Assembly: GCF_009914755.1 (NCBI RefSeq)
Contig: NC_060925.1
DNA: 64,000 bases
Direction: 5' to 3' (one strand)
DNA from: the human T2T-CHM13v2.0 reference genome, Homo sapiens
Under the pieces are notes generated by a model. That model ran no database searches and was not told the DNA's origin. It was given only the letters and a program-made list of their open reading frames with translations. The stretch's first letter is position 1. Every line of letters begins with the position of its first letter. A program made the translations under genes and the position numbers. Below, piece by piece: positions 49,450 to 63,673 of this stretch.

Positions 49450-51928
49450 TCAGTATATAGAAAATTTAATATGAAATCACTTAAAATATTTCAACATTAA
49501 GAAGTCTTAATTCAGTGCCTTGGCATGAGACATTTAAAAGCATGTTTGGGTCTAATCTCAAATTAGTTCAGGGGAACAGAAATAGCTGAAAATTTATGTA
49601 TATGTGTATGTATATATATATATACACACACATCTGTATATACATACATGTATATATTCAAATTATATACATATAAAGATATTTGTAGATTCAAGATATA
49701 TAGGGATTATATATCTATATATATTATATGTGTGTCTATTTATACAGATATATATATATATATATTCATCTTTCTGTGTGTGTGTGTATATATATCCACA
49801 CACACATATAAAATCTACTGTTGCTTAGTGGTGGAATTCTCTAATTTTACTCATACGCATATTTTGGAAAGCGTATCTCCAAAAGGGGCACATTAATCGT
49901 ACATGGAACAGAACCCTTCTCTTCTACTTTAATTAATTTCATTTTAAATTTATTTATTTCTATTCTTCCACTTTTAACTATTATAGTCTCCTTTAAAGTT
50001 GTTAATTCAGATAGGAAACTAAACTCACTTTTGTGGAATCAGAGATGATTCTGAGTTGGAAAGAACCCGAGTATGCACTTGGGCCTGTTTCCTGTCTTCA
50101 GGCAGAGAGATAAACTAAAGCTAAGAGAGATGGACTGCCTGTTCTTTGCCTAAAAGGTCACATTTCTCAACTACTGGGGTACAAACTATATTTCATGAAG
50201 TAATTTTTGTAAAATAATTTTTCTTTAGCTACAGACACAGTAAAGTAGCCATGTATAATTAAGTTTTTAGCTTGCCTCAAATATGACCTTTGTTCTTCTA
50301 GAAAAATTTCCTCCAAAATCAGTAGCAGTAGCAAGTATGGCAGAAAGAGAAATGTGGTTCTCCATGGGAGAGAGACTATTTCAAGCAGTCATATCTTTTT
50401 AGCAAAATGTTTTGTGAGTTTTTTGGGAGTGTGACACTTTTAGTGCACACTCAAAGACTTGTGTTTTCACATGTATAGAAGTTCATCTGGGGGTTTCCAA
50501 AGCCTTCCGTATTTTCACTTATGTGTGGCCTTACAAAATGTAGTTTTTAAAAAATCTATGGTTTACTAAATGTAACACGTTAAAAATCACTGAAAAATTT
50601 GCCAATGTAAATCCTAAATTTGGGTTTACTAAGTTAAAATGAAGCGTTAAGACCAAAAAAACATTGAAAATTTTATTTTCACAGGGGATTTGCATAAAAA
50701 GAACATTATTTTTGTTCTGTGTATATATAAGTATTTTTGTTTCCTTAACTTGTTTCTGTTGCCCACACACAACTAGGAGAAGATGCTTTTCTTTATTTTG
50801 GTTTGGCCAAAGATGCTAATGGTTAAATTATGAAGGACTTTGTTTTACTTATGTTAAGTGGTGAAAACTGTAGTTCTTAATCTATGAAGAATTCTCTAGG
50901 TGGCTATACAAGAAAAATACAAAAAGTTAGGAAAACATGTAAACGTAAGTTATGAGGTATTTCATAGATACAGTGCCCATACAAATTCTCTTTCCCACAA
51001 TTTTCAACTGCCAGATCTCTTGCTTTAGTCTTTTTTCCTTATATTTGGAGAAACAGAAGAGTTTGACATAAAAGTCCCTTTGAGGATGTGAGGGTTGCAG
51101 TAGTTTACAGCAGGGTCAGAAAATGAAAGTAATAAAGCAATATTTACATGTTTTTGTATAAGAACAAAAATATTTCCTTAAAAAGTTGTTAAAAGTTTTT
51201 TAGTCCTATAAACACTCACTTTTATAGGGCACATGATTGTCTGTGTGACTTCTCTTTCCAGAGGAAGACTTTTTTATTTTTAAATTCTAGGAAAGCATGA
51301 CTTATTCAAATTGGATTTTCCATGCTATATTTAGTTTTACAGATGTGTTTAGTTCTAAAACTGTGGTTTACTGTATTCTGGGGAGAGCATGTATATAAAA
51401 AAACCCAGGAAACCCTTACACCCAACTTAGACAGTCAGTTTTAACACTCCATTGTGATCTCTCAATTCTTACAGCTTATTACTTCCATTAAGAAGAAATC
51501 TCTGAATTCTCTGCATCTAATTTTCAATGGCTACAGTCTGAGAAACTGACCCATTATCACTTTTTCTAAATAGCCAAGTTCTCAAAGTTTCTGAAAGCTC
51601 TTTGATCTTTTTTTTCTGGGAGCGAAATAGGTTGTTCTTCTTATATAACAAGAATCAGGAATTCCCAGCAAACAGATTTCATTACGTATAAAGCATATTC
51701 CAGAAACACGCAGATCACACATGAATATGCTCTCAGTCATCATAAACAGGCATTCACTCAAGGGGTAAACCAGTAATGAGCCAAACATACGTACTCATGC
51801 AAATGTACAATTGACAGCAAATTATTTTAGATCCTAATGTCATTTCAGTGTTAAAAATGAGCTGGGAGACAGCTCCTGTGACATTTGGTATGAAAGCTTT
51901 AGATTGCAATTTTCATGTAGAAGTAGCT
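49450..51928 (-). other. TSPAN2: TSPAN2 3' UTR (distal end approximate)
   Basis: Unique AT-rich sequence after the stop codon; ATTAAA (- strand) at 49465-49470; further AATAAA at 49949-49958, 50672, 50792, 51273. Confidence 0.65.
49597..49810. repeat. compound (TA)n/(CA)n/(TG)n microsatellite
   Basis: Visible dinucleotide runs. Confidence 0.85.
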
Positions 51929-51994
51929 TCATATCACATCTCGTGAGTTTCGTATCGCACAGCAGAGGACCATGCTGAATATCATGCCAAAGAT
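51929..51994 (-). CDS. TSPAN2: tetraspanin-2 last coding exon (IFGMIFSMVLCCAIRNSRDVI*)
   Basis: Acceptor ttcag at 51995-51999 (-); end of TM4 and cytoplasmic tail; TGA at 51929-51931. Confidence 0.96.
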   Translation of the reverse strand: MFGMIFSMVLCCAIRNSRDVI

Positions 51995-52408
51995 CTGAAA
52001 CAGAAGAAACACTCATCAGTGACTTTGAAACGGGTACTGATAGGTAAAAAGTTCAGCAGACTTCCTGGGTGTCTAACTCAAGTTAACAAATAATTATAAC
52101 CAATAATTACCAGTCACAAATGACATTTTAGTATGTTACTTAAGGTTGGCTATGGGGTAAATAATTCTAGATTAACTGTTTAAATGTGTATTATTATTGT
52201 TAACAAGTAACAAGGCTCTGCTTTAAAAGAACCTACCCTGCTTCAGAATTATAGAACCGTTCTGAATACCTGTGAAAGACAGACACAATACTGGCTTTGG
52301 AATTTTATATTTCAGGTTAATCCTAGATCTCTTTTATATGTTTATTTTGAAAACTGTGTCCATAACCACTTGTTGTTTAGATATGCTTGTGGTCTAAATA
52401 ATTTTCTA

Positions 52409-52771
<363 letters not shown>

Positions 52772-54189
52772 TCATTCTCAGTCCATTTTTAAGGGCAAAC
52801 GATGCTTCACTGTTTAATTCAATAGTTTTAGCAAAACATAAACTAAAGGGTTTATACTATGGTATTATTGACTTTTACCTTTTGGATAGTTCTCTGAGAA
52901 GTTAAATACTTGAGTGAAATCAATATCCACTTCCATGGTTTGAATAGAAGAATGCCAAAGAGTCTTCTTGTCCGCTATTATTTCCCCTACAATTTTGTAG
53001 AGCCCATGGAACCCTATCTGTGGGCACCATTCCATAAACTACTGTCAATGCTTATTTTAAAAAATGGGTACTATAACTTTCTGGTTCTCTCCTCAATTCC
53101 ATCCTAAGTCAGACTAGGATCTGTAAGTGCTAAATTCAATAAGATATGAATGATCAGTTGTTTTGAAAAGGGAGGGGCAGAAGCACGTAAGGGCATGGCC
53201 AGGAACAGGATTTCAAGCTTCTGGATGACAGGACTCAGTACCAGTGTGTAGCACGGGCGACACCCAATGCACTTTTAGTTAGCTGATTACATTGTGCAAC
53301 TCTCACTTTACAGAGAAAAGAACTAACGAAGAAACCTGGGGGTGCCGACTCAAGATAGGCTCACTATGGGCATTTCCCCTTTATCATTGCCATAAGGTTG
53401 GATGTAATCCCTACCCATCCTGGTTTCAGTGAGACTCCTTCAGTCTCAGCCTACTGCCGACACGAGTCAGGGGTGAATGCTTCTAGGCTGCTCATTTGCT
53501 GAGATTGTGAAACTCTCCATTATGCAGCACACGCTCAGACCTGCCTCAGGACTGTCCTTTGGGGAGCTGCAGAACTGCAGCCAGGCTATCCCCAGAGCAG
53601 GTGGGGAGGACCTGAGAAATGTCCCTTGATTTGGAGGGCCTCAGCAGAGTATTTCCAGCCACTTCTCCACCCCTCTGTGCTCTAAATACAGAAAAGGGGA
53701 AGGCGCTTGTGTGTCCCCTGATAACTGCAAATTCACTGATTTCCTCACAATTCCCACAGCCCTTGCCTTAGTTTAGGCCATGAATTAATCTACATAGAGG
53801 GCTAGAGACTAAGTGCCATCTTAGCATTAGCTATTATCATCCAACCCCTGGACAATGGAAATCATCCTTTAACCCGCCTTCCAAATCCAATCTTGCCTCC
53901 CTCCAACCTTTCCTCTATCCTCTACCACAGGTTCTTCCAACTCTTGGTGACTCCCCTTTCCTTAAGGGTGAAGCCCACCCTTTCAAAGGGGCATACAAAG
54001 ATCTCAATGATGTAGATCGAATACTCTCTCCATTACCACCTCTCGCAACTCCTGCCATACCTGTCCGCTGCTATCCATTCTTCCCACACACTCTTCTTTT
54101 GTACTTTAGAAGTACAGAGCCACCTGGTGGTGGTCTGGATGCACTACGCTTAATACCATCTATGCCATTGCCTTTGCCTGGTAGATTAT

Positions 54190-54455
54190 GCAGAGAGCTG
54201 GCATTTGTTGAGTGTTATATGTCCCAGACACTTTATTTATATTAATTTGTAATACTACTGTATATGTAGTATCCCATTTAATTTTCACGGCAATCCTATA
54301 AAGTTTATATATTAACAGACGAGGAAATTGAGGTATAGAAAAATTAAGAAATTTTCCTGCGATCTCAGAGCTTGCAAATGGTGGAGCCTAGAGTTAAATC
54401 CAAACCATGTGATGCCAGAGCTCGCCCTATTAATCTCTATGCTCTGCTGCCTCTT
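54190..54455. repeat. MIR element
   Basis: 'acagacgaggaaattgaggtatagaaaaattaag...aatggtggagcctagag'. Confidence 0.65.
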
Positions 54456-54817
54456 CAAATCGTAGGTGAGAGAGATTAACCTGATATGTTGCATTGAATT
54501 TGTAACAGTAGAAAGAGACCCAGAACTGAAAATCATTTATCTAGGTTATGGATAGTAGCCTTAAAACGGGAAGTTAATAACAATGACACACTCAAGGTCA
54601 TAATGAGTTAAAGTTGAAATTTCTATTATATTTTAGAGGACAAACTATTAATATATTTATGAGCTTTGTTCTTAGAAGATGTAATACATTGTGAACAAAG
54701 GTCTTTTTTCTTTATGAGAATTCTCTCTTAAGATACTATCACACTTGAAAAGAAATAAGATGCAAAGTTTCAAGGCTTTTTAGAGGGCAAAAAGGGTAAG
54801 TTCTAGAACTTTCTCAC

Positions 54818-54901
54818 CGTCAGACCTGCAATTCCAATACCGACAATTCCAATGAGCTGGAGCTTAACACTGATTATGGTCTCAATTTCATCGATGCAAT
54901 T
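54818..54901 (-). CDS. TSPAN2: tetraspanin-2 exon (NCIDEIETIISVKLQLIGIVGIGIAGLT)
   Basis: aacag| acceptor and |gtgaga donor; 84 nt, phase 0/0. Confidence 0.96.
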
Positions 54902-56144
54902 CTGTTTTGAGGAAAAAAAGTCGGGAATAAAAACTGATTGTATGTGTCAGTCATTATCCTGATCCTATCCTTTCCATCTCTACAGTTCATTCTGTGAGAG
55001 TTAATCCATGCCAGCTTCTACTCATGTTTCAACAATTCATCTTTGATAACATCATCCTAATAAGCTTAATGCAAAAATGCAGTTTGGGGAAAAAAATAGA
55101 AGCCTCTCCTTTGGGTGAGATTTTCATGTTTAGGCCAGTGGCTTCTTCGGAGCCCTGAAATATAACTGGAGGAAGCTATTTGTCTGGTTCCAAGGAATCT
55201 AAAAATTTGGAGCCACTTCTTACTTGTAGCAAATAAGTAAAATACCCTTAAAACAATAACTCTTTGTTTTCATATTGTCATTTACAGTTTAAAATACTTT
55301 CTATGTCTTTGACCCAATTTACTATGCAAAGTAGGCATGACCTATTAAGAAACTAAAAAGTCTTAACAGGTTCAAGTTAAACAAAGGAAAGCCAAGAATT
55401 AGAAAAGCCAAGTCTTGGAGCTAGAGGACCATTCTCTCCTGTGGTGGCTGGGCTGGGCTGTGCTGGGTGAGTTCCTATCCTTTCATCTGTGCCCATAAGA
55501 CACCTGTGCAGCATAGATTCAAAGGGCCTTCATGGATGTGGGGAAACTTAGACAGAAAGCCAAATAGATCACCTGTAACTATTATTAGTTTCTCCAACTT
55601 CAAACACTCCTATTTGGAGTGCTCTTAAGTAGAGGGATGCTCTCAATCCAACTGTACCCTCAGGTTGTTCAGATCTGTTCACTTGTCACTGGTTGGTTCC
55701 TTTGATACCATCTGAGCTATATAAAACCCTTACTTCTCTCTTCGTATTTCCTATCACACTTCATTCATTCAACAAACATTTCTTGAGCATCTACCTTGCA
55801 TTAGTCACTGGAAGAGGGGTGGTAGATGCAGAGACAATAGGATATGGTTTCTCCTGCTTTCTGGGAATTCACAGTTTAGAGGACACAGATCCACAAGAGA
55901 TACCTATAATGCATTCTGACAAAAGTTTGAAAACTACTCTTCTAAGGAGTGGCTCCCTTACTTAGTGGAAAAAATGAGAGTCAACCTATAGCAATTCTTT
56001 CACTCTTCCTCTCCTTCTCCTATACACTTAGATGCTCCCTTCCTTCAGTGCCAGGCATTGCTGTAGGTAGCAAGCACACTCCTGACTCCTTTTTCTCTGA
56101 TCAGAGCCAAAGAGGTGCCCTTCTCTGTTGAAAGTTAACCTCAT

Positions 56145-56496
<352 letters not shown>

Positions 56497-56969
56497 TCAG
56501 GAAGCCTGCACTGCCAGTTACTTTTTTTCCTTCCTATACATTCAGCCTCTCCTTATCCATTGACATTTCTACTTATCCTATCACCATGCTCAGTTCTTCA
56601 ATCAAAACAAACAAAACAACACTCGAGACTGTCCTCCTCTAGTTCTGCCATTAGGCCCTCCTTCCCTTCATTGCCAGCTTCTTTTTGTAAAAAACAAATG
56701 TACAAAAGGTATATTGGCTTTAGTCACAAAAGGAATACATGCTTCTTGTAGAAATCTGGAAAAGAGATTTTTTTTTTTTTTAAAAAGAAATATCTGTATT
56801 CTCACCATAAAAGGTAATAAATTTGTTGGTGATACTTACACACACAAACACACCTACACCCTTAGGTCATTCTTTATATTCAACAGTGAGCTTTTTAAAC
56901 TTAATATTACAACTTTAAAAATGCCTTGTTTCACTAAAAATTTCTTTGAAATCATGATTATGATGATTA

Positions 56970-57241
56970 TTTTTTTTTTTGGAGACAGAGTCTCGCTCTC
57001 TCACCCAGGCTGTAGTGCAGTGGCGCGATCTCGGCTCACTGCAACCTCTGCCTCCCAGGTTCAAGTGATTCTCCTGCCTCAGCTTTCTGAGTAGCTGGGA
57101 TCACAGGCACATGCCACCACGCCTGGCTAATTTTTGTATTTTTAGTAGACGGGATTTCACCATGTTGCCCAGGGTGGTCTTAAACTCCTGAGCTCAGGCA
57201 ATCTGCCTGCCTCTGCCTCCCTAAGTGCTAGGATTACAGGT
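56970..57241 (-). mobile_element. Alu element, slightly 5'-truncated
   Basis: TSD gaaatcatgatt on both sides. Confidence 0.88.
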
Positions 57242-57779
57242 GAAATCATGATTCTTAATGGTGGTAAAACATTTCATCATATGAATATACTACAATTTAT
57301 CCAAACAATCCCCTATTGCCACATATTAAGGGTCTGTCCAGTGTTTTGTTCTTATGAATAACATGTAATGAGCATGATTTGCACAAAAACGTCTGTCTGC
57401 ATTTCTGATTCCTTTTCCTTAGAATAAACTCCGAGAAGTGGAATTTCTGGATAGAAGGGCATAAACATACTTAATCCTCTAGTCTTACATAGTCATACTG
57501 ACCTTTAAAACTATTTACTAATTTCTCTGAAAATGCTCACGACATCACGTTTACCAAAACTGTGTATTATTGTTAAGGGAAAGGAAAAACACTTGGTCAA
57601 TTTCATAGATTAAACAACAGCATCTCTTCATTTTAATTTGCTATTGATTTTAAATATTACTTTTAATTTTCTATATTTTCTATATGTTTAATGGTAATTT
57701 GGACTTTGACTTTTGTAAACTTTCTTTCTGTGTCCTTGGCTCAAATCGAAACTTCTTGAAAGGATGCTCTCTCTCCTCA

Positions 57780-58930
57780 CATCTCGCTCTCTGAAACCTG
57801 GGCTCTGTCCTCAATCCATCCCTCACAGCACGTCACCAGTTGGTTCCTTGCATGCTAAATCCTGCCAGCTTTTCAGCAGTTATTAGTAGACCTTCTTAGG
57901 CTTTCAGTTCCCCACACAAACCATGTCATTTCTGCCTCTGTGTTGTTGCTTACGCTGGTCTCTCGGCACGCAGGCCTCCCCCTCCCGCTTTCTGCCCAAT
58001 GCTTGCATAATTACTTTCCATTCTTGAAGATTTAGCTGAGACATCATTACCTCTGTCAGCCTTCCCCATCCCCCAGCCTCTCGCCTCTCCTAAGTGCGTT
58101 TCCCTCTGTGCTTTCCGAGCACGTTGCACATTCCATGCATTCCTAATCACTGGACCGTATGGACTTCATGTTCATCCCTCCTATCAGACTGCAATGCAAG
58201 CTCCTTGTGAGTAGGAACTTTTTCTCCTTCTCCTTTGCATCCACAGTGCCGAACATAAGGTAGGCAGCTGATCAATACTGAATTGCCCTCAACAGCAGCA
58301 CCTGGGCCTGGTGACCATTCCCTCCCCTTCCCGTGCTGTCTCCTCACTTGTGTCTGGCCGCCCCTCCCAGTTTCCTTCTTTGGCATCTCTTCTTTTGCCC
58401 ACCCTTAAATTGTCCCCCAAGGATCTATCCTCATCCTTCTTTTCTTCCAAGTCTAATGGATCAAATCCGTATTTATAGCTTTAAGTTTCCCATCAAGTGC
58501 TGACACTCAGACCTCTCTCCTGAGCCACAAACCAGATTTTCCAACTGCCTACTGGATATTTCCATTTGGAAGTGCCACTGGCTCCTCAAAATCACCATGT
58601 TAAACACAAAGCTCATTTTCTTTTCTCCACAATTGGCTCCTTTTCCTCTCTCCCTCAGCTCCATAAATGACACCATCATCTATGTAGGTGGTGAAGCCAA
58701 AAACCCAGTAATGGATTCTCCTCTCTTCTCTGGTCACCACTCCTGTAGTTGTCACTTTCTAAAGGGCCCTCTTTAACATCTCTTGCTAACAACAAGGACA
58801 GCAGCCTTCCCAATGGGTCTCTCAGCTCAACGCTATTCATTTTCCATCAATCCTCTATGCTGCCACTAGAGCAAATTCAGTAAAATGCAGATCCCATCCG
58901 AGATTCTACCTTCAATGGCTTCCTAAGCTA
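57780..58930 (+). repeat. L2 fragments
   Basis: 'ccaactgcctactggatatttccatttggaagtgcc', 'gcaagctccttgtgagtaggaac'. Confidence 0.55.
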
Positions 58931-58976
58931 GCAGCATGATACTACAGGTAGAGTAAGAACCTTGGTAGAAGCTTAC

Positions 58977-59048
58977 CTTGTGTCCTAGAAGCTCCTTTGG
59001 GCATGTAGGTTGGACCTGTTCGGAGCTTTCTTTTCCACAGCACTGAAA
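58977..59048 (-). CDS. TSPAN2: tetraspanin-2 exon (FQCCGKESSEQVQPTCPKELLGHK; CCG motif)
   Basis: ctag| acceptor and |gtaagc donor; 72 nt; tetraspanin CCG signature. Confidence 0.97.
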
Positions 59049-60322
59049 CTAGAGAGTCAGAAAAGAGACTTCAGGACCAGGCGGGAGGAGTAGCAGCTAC
59101 AAGTCTGGGCACCCTGCTAAGGACTGGGGTGCCGAGGCGGCAAAGCAGCTCCGAGGCCCAGTCACTGCAACCCAGACTGCTATTTCTGGAAGGAGAGTGA
59201 AGAATCACATAATCATGCTGGCAAAACAAGAAAATGACTTCGCTAAAGCCATCTGAGTTTATGATGGGAAGTGACTCAAGGCAACCCAAACAAGGCAAGA
59301 AGCTAATTGACAGTGTCTGTGTAAATTGCTACTTTTTAGAAAGGGGTTGGGGCTTTAGATTCCTTCTTTCAGACTGGGAGTCATTTAACCTGCTGAGGAG
59401 CTCAAGTTTTATGAGCTGCAGAAGGACTCATTAGCTGGGAATAGTCTGGGGAAGAGGGGAGAAGTGGCTGCAGGAAATTCCAGGGTCCAAAAGACCAGAT
59501 TTGAAGATTGGCCAGCAAACAGGTGTCCTGCTTAGGCTAGCTGGCCCTTTAAGACAAAAGAACCTGTGTGCTGCTTCAGGTCCTGGCGGCAGCTGAGGTG
59601 AAACCGTATAAATGTATAAATGGTGGCCACTTTCCAAGACATACTTGTCCTAGACAAGAACTAGGTACCTGAAAACACCTGGCCCAGGAATTCACAGCTA
59701 CTTCTTCATATCACAGTGTCTAAAAAATCAGAATAACTCTGGCCTGGCCCATCTCCTCTGTAAGCCTTCTGTGATTAACTGCATGTAGCTCTGAGCACTC
59801 CACGGACAGCACAGTCCCACTGAATGTTCCAGAAGGGAGTGTAGCCATCTCCTGTGACCCTTCATTCTACAAATGAGGGAGCTGCGTGGGTATCAGGGAG
59901 GCCAAGTAACTTGCTCAAGGTCACAAGGCTGTTGAATGGTAGAGCTGCAGCTAGAAATTAGCTTTTCTGACTTACAGGTCACACTTGTTTCTGTTACACC
60001 ACAATGCTACCCTCTGACAAAGCCTGCTATTTATCTGGGCTCCTTTCTCTGTAACCTTGTTTGTGCTCTTTTGTCTCTTTGGGGCATGTGTCTTTTGGGT
60101 TCATGCTCTTCTGTCTCTCTTGTGAACTCTGTGTGATAGACATCTTTCCCTTCTAGGGTTCCACACATAATGCAAACTGTGGCCCTCAAAAGGGCTAAAA
60201 TAGGTGGTGCTACTTGGCTTTACTGAATTTATTTTTATTTTTAATCCTGGTGATTGGTGAGAACCTGGCTCACACATAATCTTTAGAAGCTGTGATTTTA
60301 AGGAAGAAGTGAAGTTACTCAC

Positions 60323-60421
60323 TGTTGAGTGGAAGGTGATGAGTGTCCCATTGCCTTTTCCCCTGTCTTTAAGGTAATCATTGTAAGCCTCTTCATACAT
60401 GGTCTGAACATGTCGGATAGC
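60323..60421 (-). CDS. TSPAN2: tetraspanin-2 exon (AIRHVQTMYEEAYNDYLKDRGKGNGTLITFHST)
   Basis: ttcag| acceptor and |gtgagt donor; 99 nt; large extracellular loop with NGT sequon. Confidence 0.96.
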
Positions 60422-60535
60422 CTGAAGAAATACGAGGAAAAATGAAGGACTTCTGGGTGGGAAGTTTCAAACATTCTCCTTTCATCAAGGAAAATCTCCT
60501 CTTCCACACCTTTGAAAAACACTGCCTTTCTCATA

Positions 60536-60731
60536 AGAATGATACAATGGACTTTGGGGACTCAGGGGAAAGGGTAGGAGTGAGGTGAGGGATAAAAGAC
60601 TGCACATTGGGTACAGTGTACACTGCTCGGGTGATGGGTGCACCAAAATCTCAGAAATCCCCACTAGAGAACTTACTCATGTAACCAAACACCACCTGTT
60701 CCCCACAAAACCTGTAGAAATAAAAAAAAAA
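60536..60731 (+). mobile_element. short L1 3'-end fragment (older L1PA/L1PB)
   Basis: 'ggactttggggactcagggg...gtacagtgtacactgctcgggtgatgggtgcaccaaaatctcag' + A tail; TSD aaacactgcctttc / aaatactgcctttc. Confidence 0.8.
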
Positions 60732-61904
60732 TACTGCCTTTCCATAGGTATTTTAGGATAATTCAGCAACATATGGAGAAGATTATAGTTTCTGGAGTTT
60801 CTAAGATGCTTTTGAGGATGGAAGGACAGACTAACCAGAACAGTTTTCATGGACTAGAAAGATTTCTGACAGTTCCCAAGCCCAACTGGGCTTCAGCATC
60901 AACTGGGCCCCAGATTCCTGGGCTCCATCCAGATGATTCGGATGCATAGCTAGGATCCGGACTTATACATTCCTGTTACCCCATTGGTTAAAAGCATTCA
61001 AATCTTTTTATGATGTGGTTTAAAAGGTATTCATCACCAAGGAAAACTTTCTACATTCAGATATCATATAAAGCTTAGAGAATGCTTTTTCTAGTATAAA
61101 AGCTTGTGATTTCAAATCCACAGATATCTCAACAGGTCCTAAGATTCCATTCTACTTCTGTATGTAGCTGAATTTAAACTAACCTATGAACACAGCCAGT
61201 TACTTTAGAAAAATTCAAAAGGAGGTGACATTTACTATTCTACATGTTTACTGTTTTATAGTCTAAAATAAGTTCAGAAACATAATATTAATGACACAAG
61301 AGTTAATGTGAAATACAGCAAACTTAAGTTTCCATTCTTCCTCCTTTTCCATTCCATTCTCTTCTATCCCACAGTGTGTTTTACAGAGGAAGAAAGGCTA
61401 CTTCCTCTGTGTGTCCCCCCGATAACCTATTCTGGACACCTAGAGTTGGGCAGCAAATATAAACTGGCTTCACTAGCCCACAGCAGTGTAGGCTCTGCTC
61501 TTTGAGAATGAAATGGACCCATCCAGGCCAATCCTTAAGGACAAATGGCAGTCTGACAGGGGATGAGAATCTAGATTCTTTCTCAAGTCTGTACTCTAAC
61601 TGTTACCCCATTTCACAATGGGGAAGAATCTTAAATTAGAGATCCTTTTTTTTTTGGTTTTATTATAGACCACTTCATAAGTCTAATGGAAGAGATGAAC
61701 TATCTCCCCAGAAAAATGTGAGCATGTATATATGCCTGCACACTCATATACATATATGCTCAGTTCTGCACACCACTTCTAAGTTAAAAAGTTCTGTTTA
61801 AACTATAATAATGGGGATTATTTGGTTTCTTAACACTATTGTGGGTATCAATATTCTAACACTTTTAACCATCATAGAAAAACATTATAAGTAATTTTAC
61901 TTAC

Positions 61905-61979
61905 TACCCCCTTGCCTATAAAAGCAAATACTCCAGTGGTTACTTCAGCAGCAAATATCACCAGGAGGCAGGTAAAAAA
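61905..61979 (-). CDS. TSPAN2: tetraspanin-2 exon (FFTCLLVIFAAEVTTGVFAFIGKGV; TM3)
   Basis: tacag| acceptor and |gtaagt donor; 75 nt. Confidence 0.96.
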
Positions 61980-62084
61980 CTGTAGAGGAGAGAAAATACT
62001 AATTTCATTAATTTAATACCTTTTCAATTTATATATTTTGCACCTTAGTTTCCTTATGTAATGGCTGAATCGCTTTCATGTGGT

Positions 62085-62470
62085 TCATTCATTCATTCAT
62101 TCATTCAGCAATTGTTTATTAGGCATTTATTCTGCACCAGGTACTGTCCTTGGTGCTGAGTATTCAGTGGTGAACAAGATAATATCCAAATGTCTCTGTT
62201 ATCACGGACCTTGGATTGGACAGAGGAATATACGATAACTGTGTAAAGAAGTTAAAAAGTGAATAAGATAAGTTCAGGTAGTGATGTAAAAATCCCACCA
62301 CCTAGAACACCACCTGGCACCTACGTGCTTAGTAAATACTTGACGAACACAAAAGACCTAGAAAGATATAAAATAAGGTCAGGAGAGGGAGCATCACTGA
62401 TGCGGCCTGGGCATGGGGAAGGGGGTGACTGGAGATTCTGTGGTCTGGAAAGGCTTCTTTGAGGAGATGA
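62085..62470 (-). repeat. L2 3' end with (TTCA)n tail
   Basis: 'ttcattcattcattc...tttattaggcatttattctgcaccaggtactgtcc'. Confidence 0.65.
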
Positions 62471-63106
62471 GGTGAGGGGTGTCCTTCTGGATGGATTTCT
62501 GTTCTGGTCTATGGATTTGCTCTGATCAAACTAAGTTCAGTGATAAACAAGACAGAAATGTGCTCAACAGTAGGAGAAAGAGAAGGAATGAATGGCAAAG
62601 AAATAAGTCAGACATTTCACATAGCAAGAGATCAGAGGCTACGGCCAGAGTTAAAAATCCAAAGATCACAATAAGTAATGAGAGATGAGAGGCTGCCTAT
62701 TAAAACTGCTGTTTCTGACTCTCTGTGGAGAAATATCAACACTTTCTCTCCTCCTGCCCCTCTTCTTCCTTTCTGTTTCTCTCAGGCTACACTGACATAG
62801 AATGTATAGCAGTTAATTGAAATTATTTGATTTTTGTTTTAAACAGAGGTTGCTTGTTAAAATAAGCCACAAGAGGGATTTTGGTTAAGTTATTGATCTC
62901 AAACATAAATGTTTTCCTTGTAGATAACAGCACTTCCCTGGCTATAGAAACCTTTTAGCTGCCTCACCCACTGTGAAATATTTTTTTTTAAAGAACAATC
63001 ATAGTCACCCCTTACAATTACTAAGTACTTTTACTCCCAAAACATCTTTACACCAATGACGTCATTTCTTTTCACACTTCCCATATAAGGCAGGAACAAA
63101 GATAAT

Positions 63107-63395
<289 letters not shown>

Positions 63396-63575
63396 TAGTT
63401 AGTATTATTCATATATAAGAGATGGAGAAACCAAGACTGAGGGAGGAAAAGTGCATGCCAAGGGCTCAGAGAGTCCACGGAGGAGCTGGAGCCAGGGGCC
63501 AGAGGCACTGACTCCCTTCAGATGCAGGCCGCTCCCTCACCCCCACCCCACCATTTACCCCCTCGCCCCACTTAC

Positions 63576-63673
63576 TGATCCAAGCACACATTGCGACTCC
63601 CGCATGGCTCCGCAGCACCCGAAGAACCCCACGGCCATCATCAGGGCCCCGGCTCCAACCAGAACATACAGCC
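63576..63673 (-). CDS. TSPAN2: tetraspanin-2 exon ([33 protein letters not shown]; TM2); upstream exons lie beyond the window
   Basis: cacag| acceptor and |gtaagt donor; 98 nt; GFFGCCGA tetraspanin motif. Confidence 0.96.

Noticed and set aside
49604-49896. Tyr/Ile-rich ORFs
   Set aside because: Translation of the TA/CA microsatellite
60101-60322. 99-aa ORF starting MYEEAYNDY as an independent gene
   Set aside because: It is a TSPAN2 exon plus intronic read-through beyond the gtgagt donor
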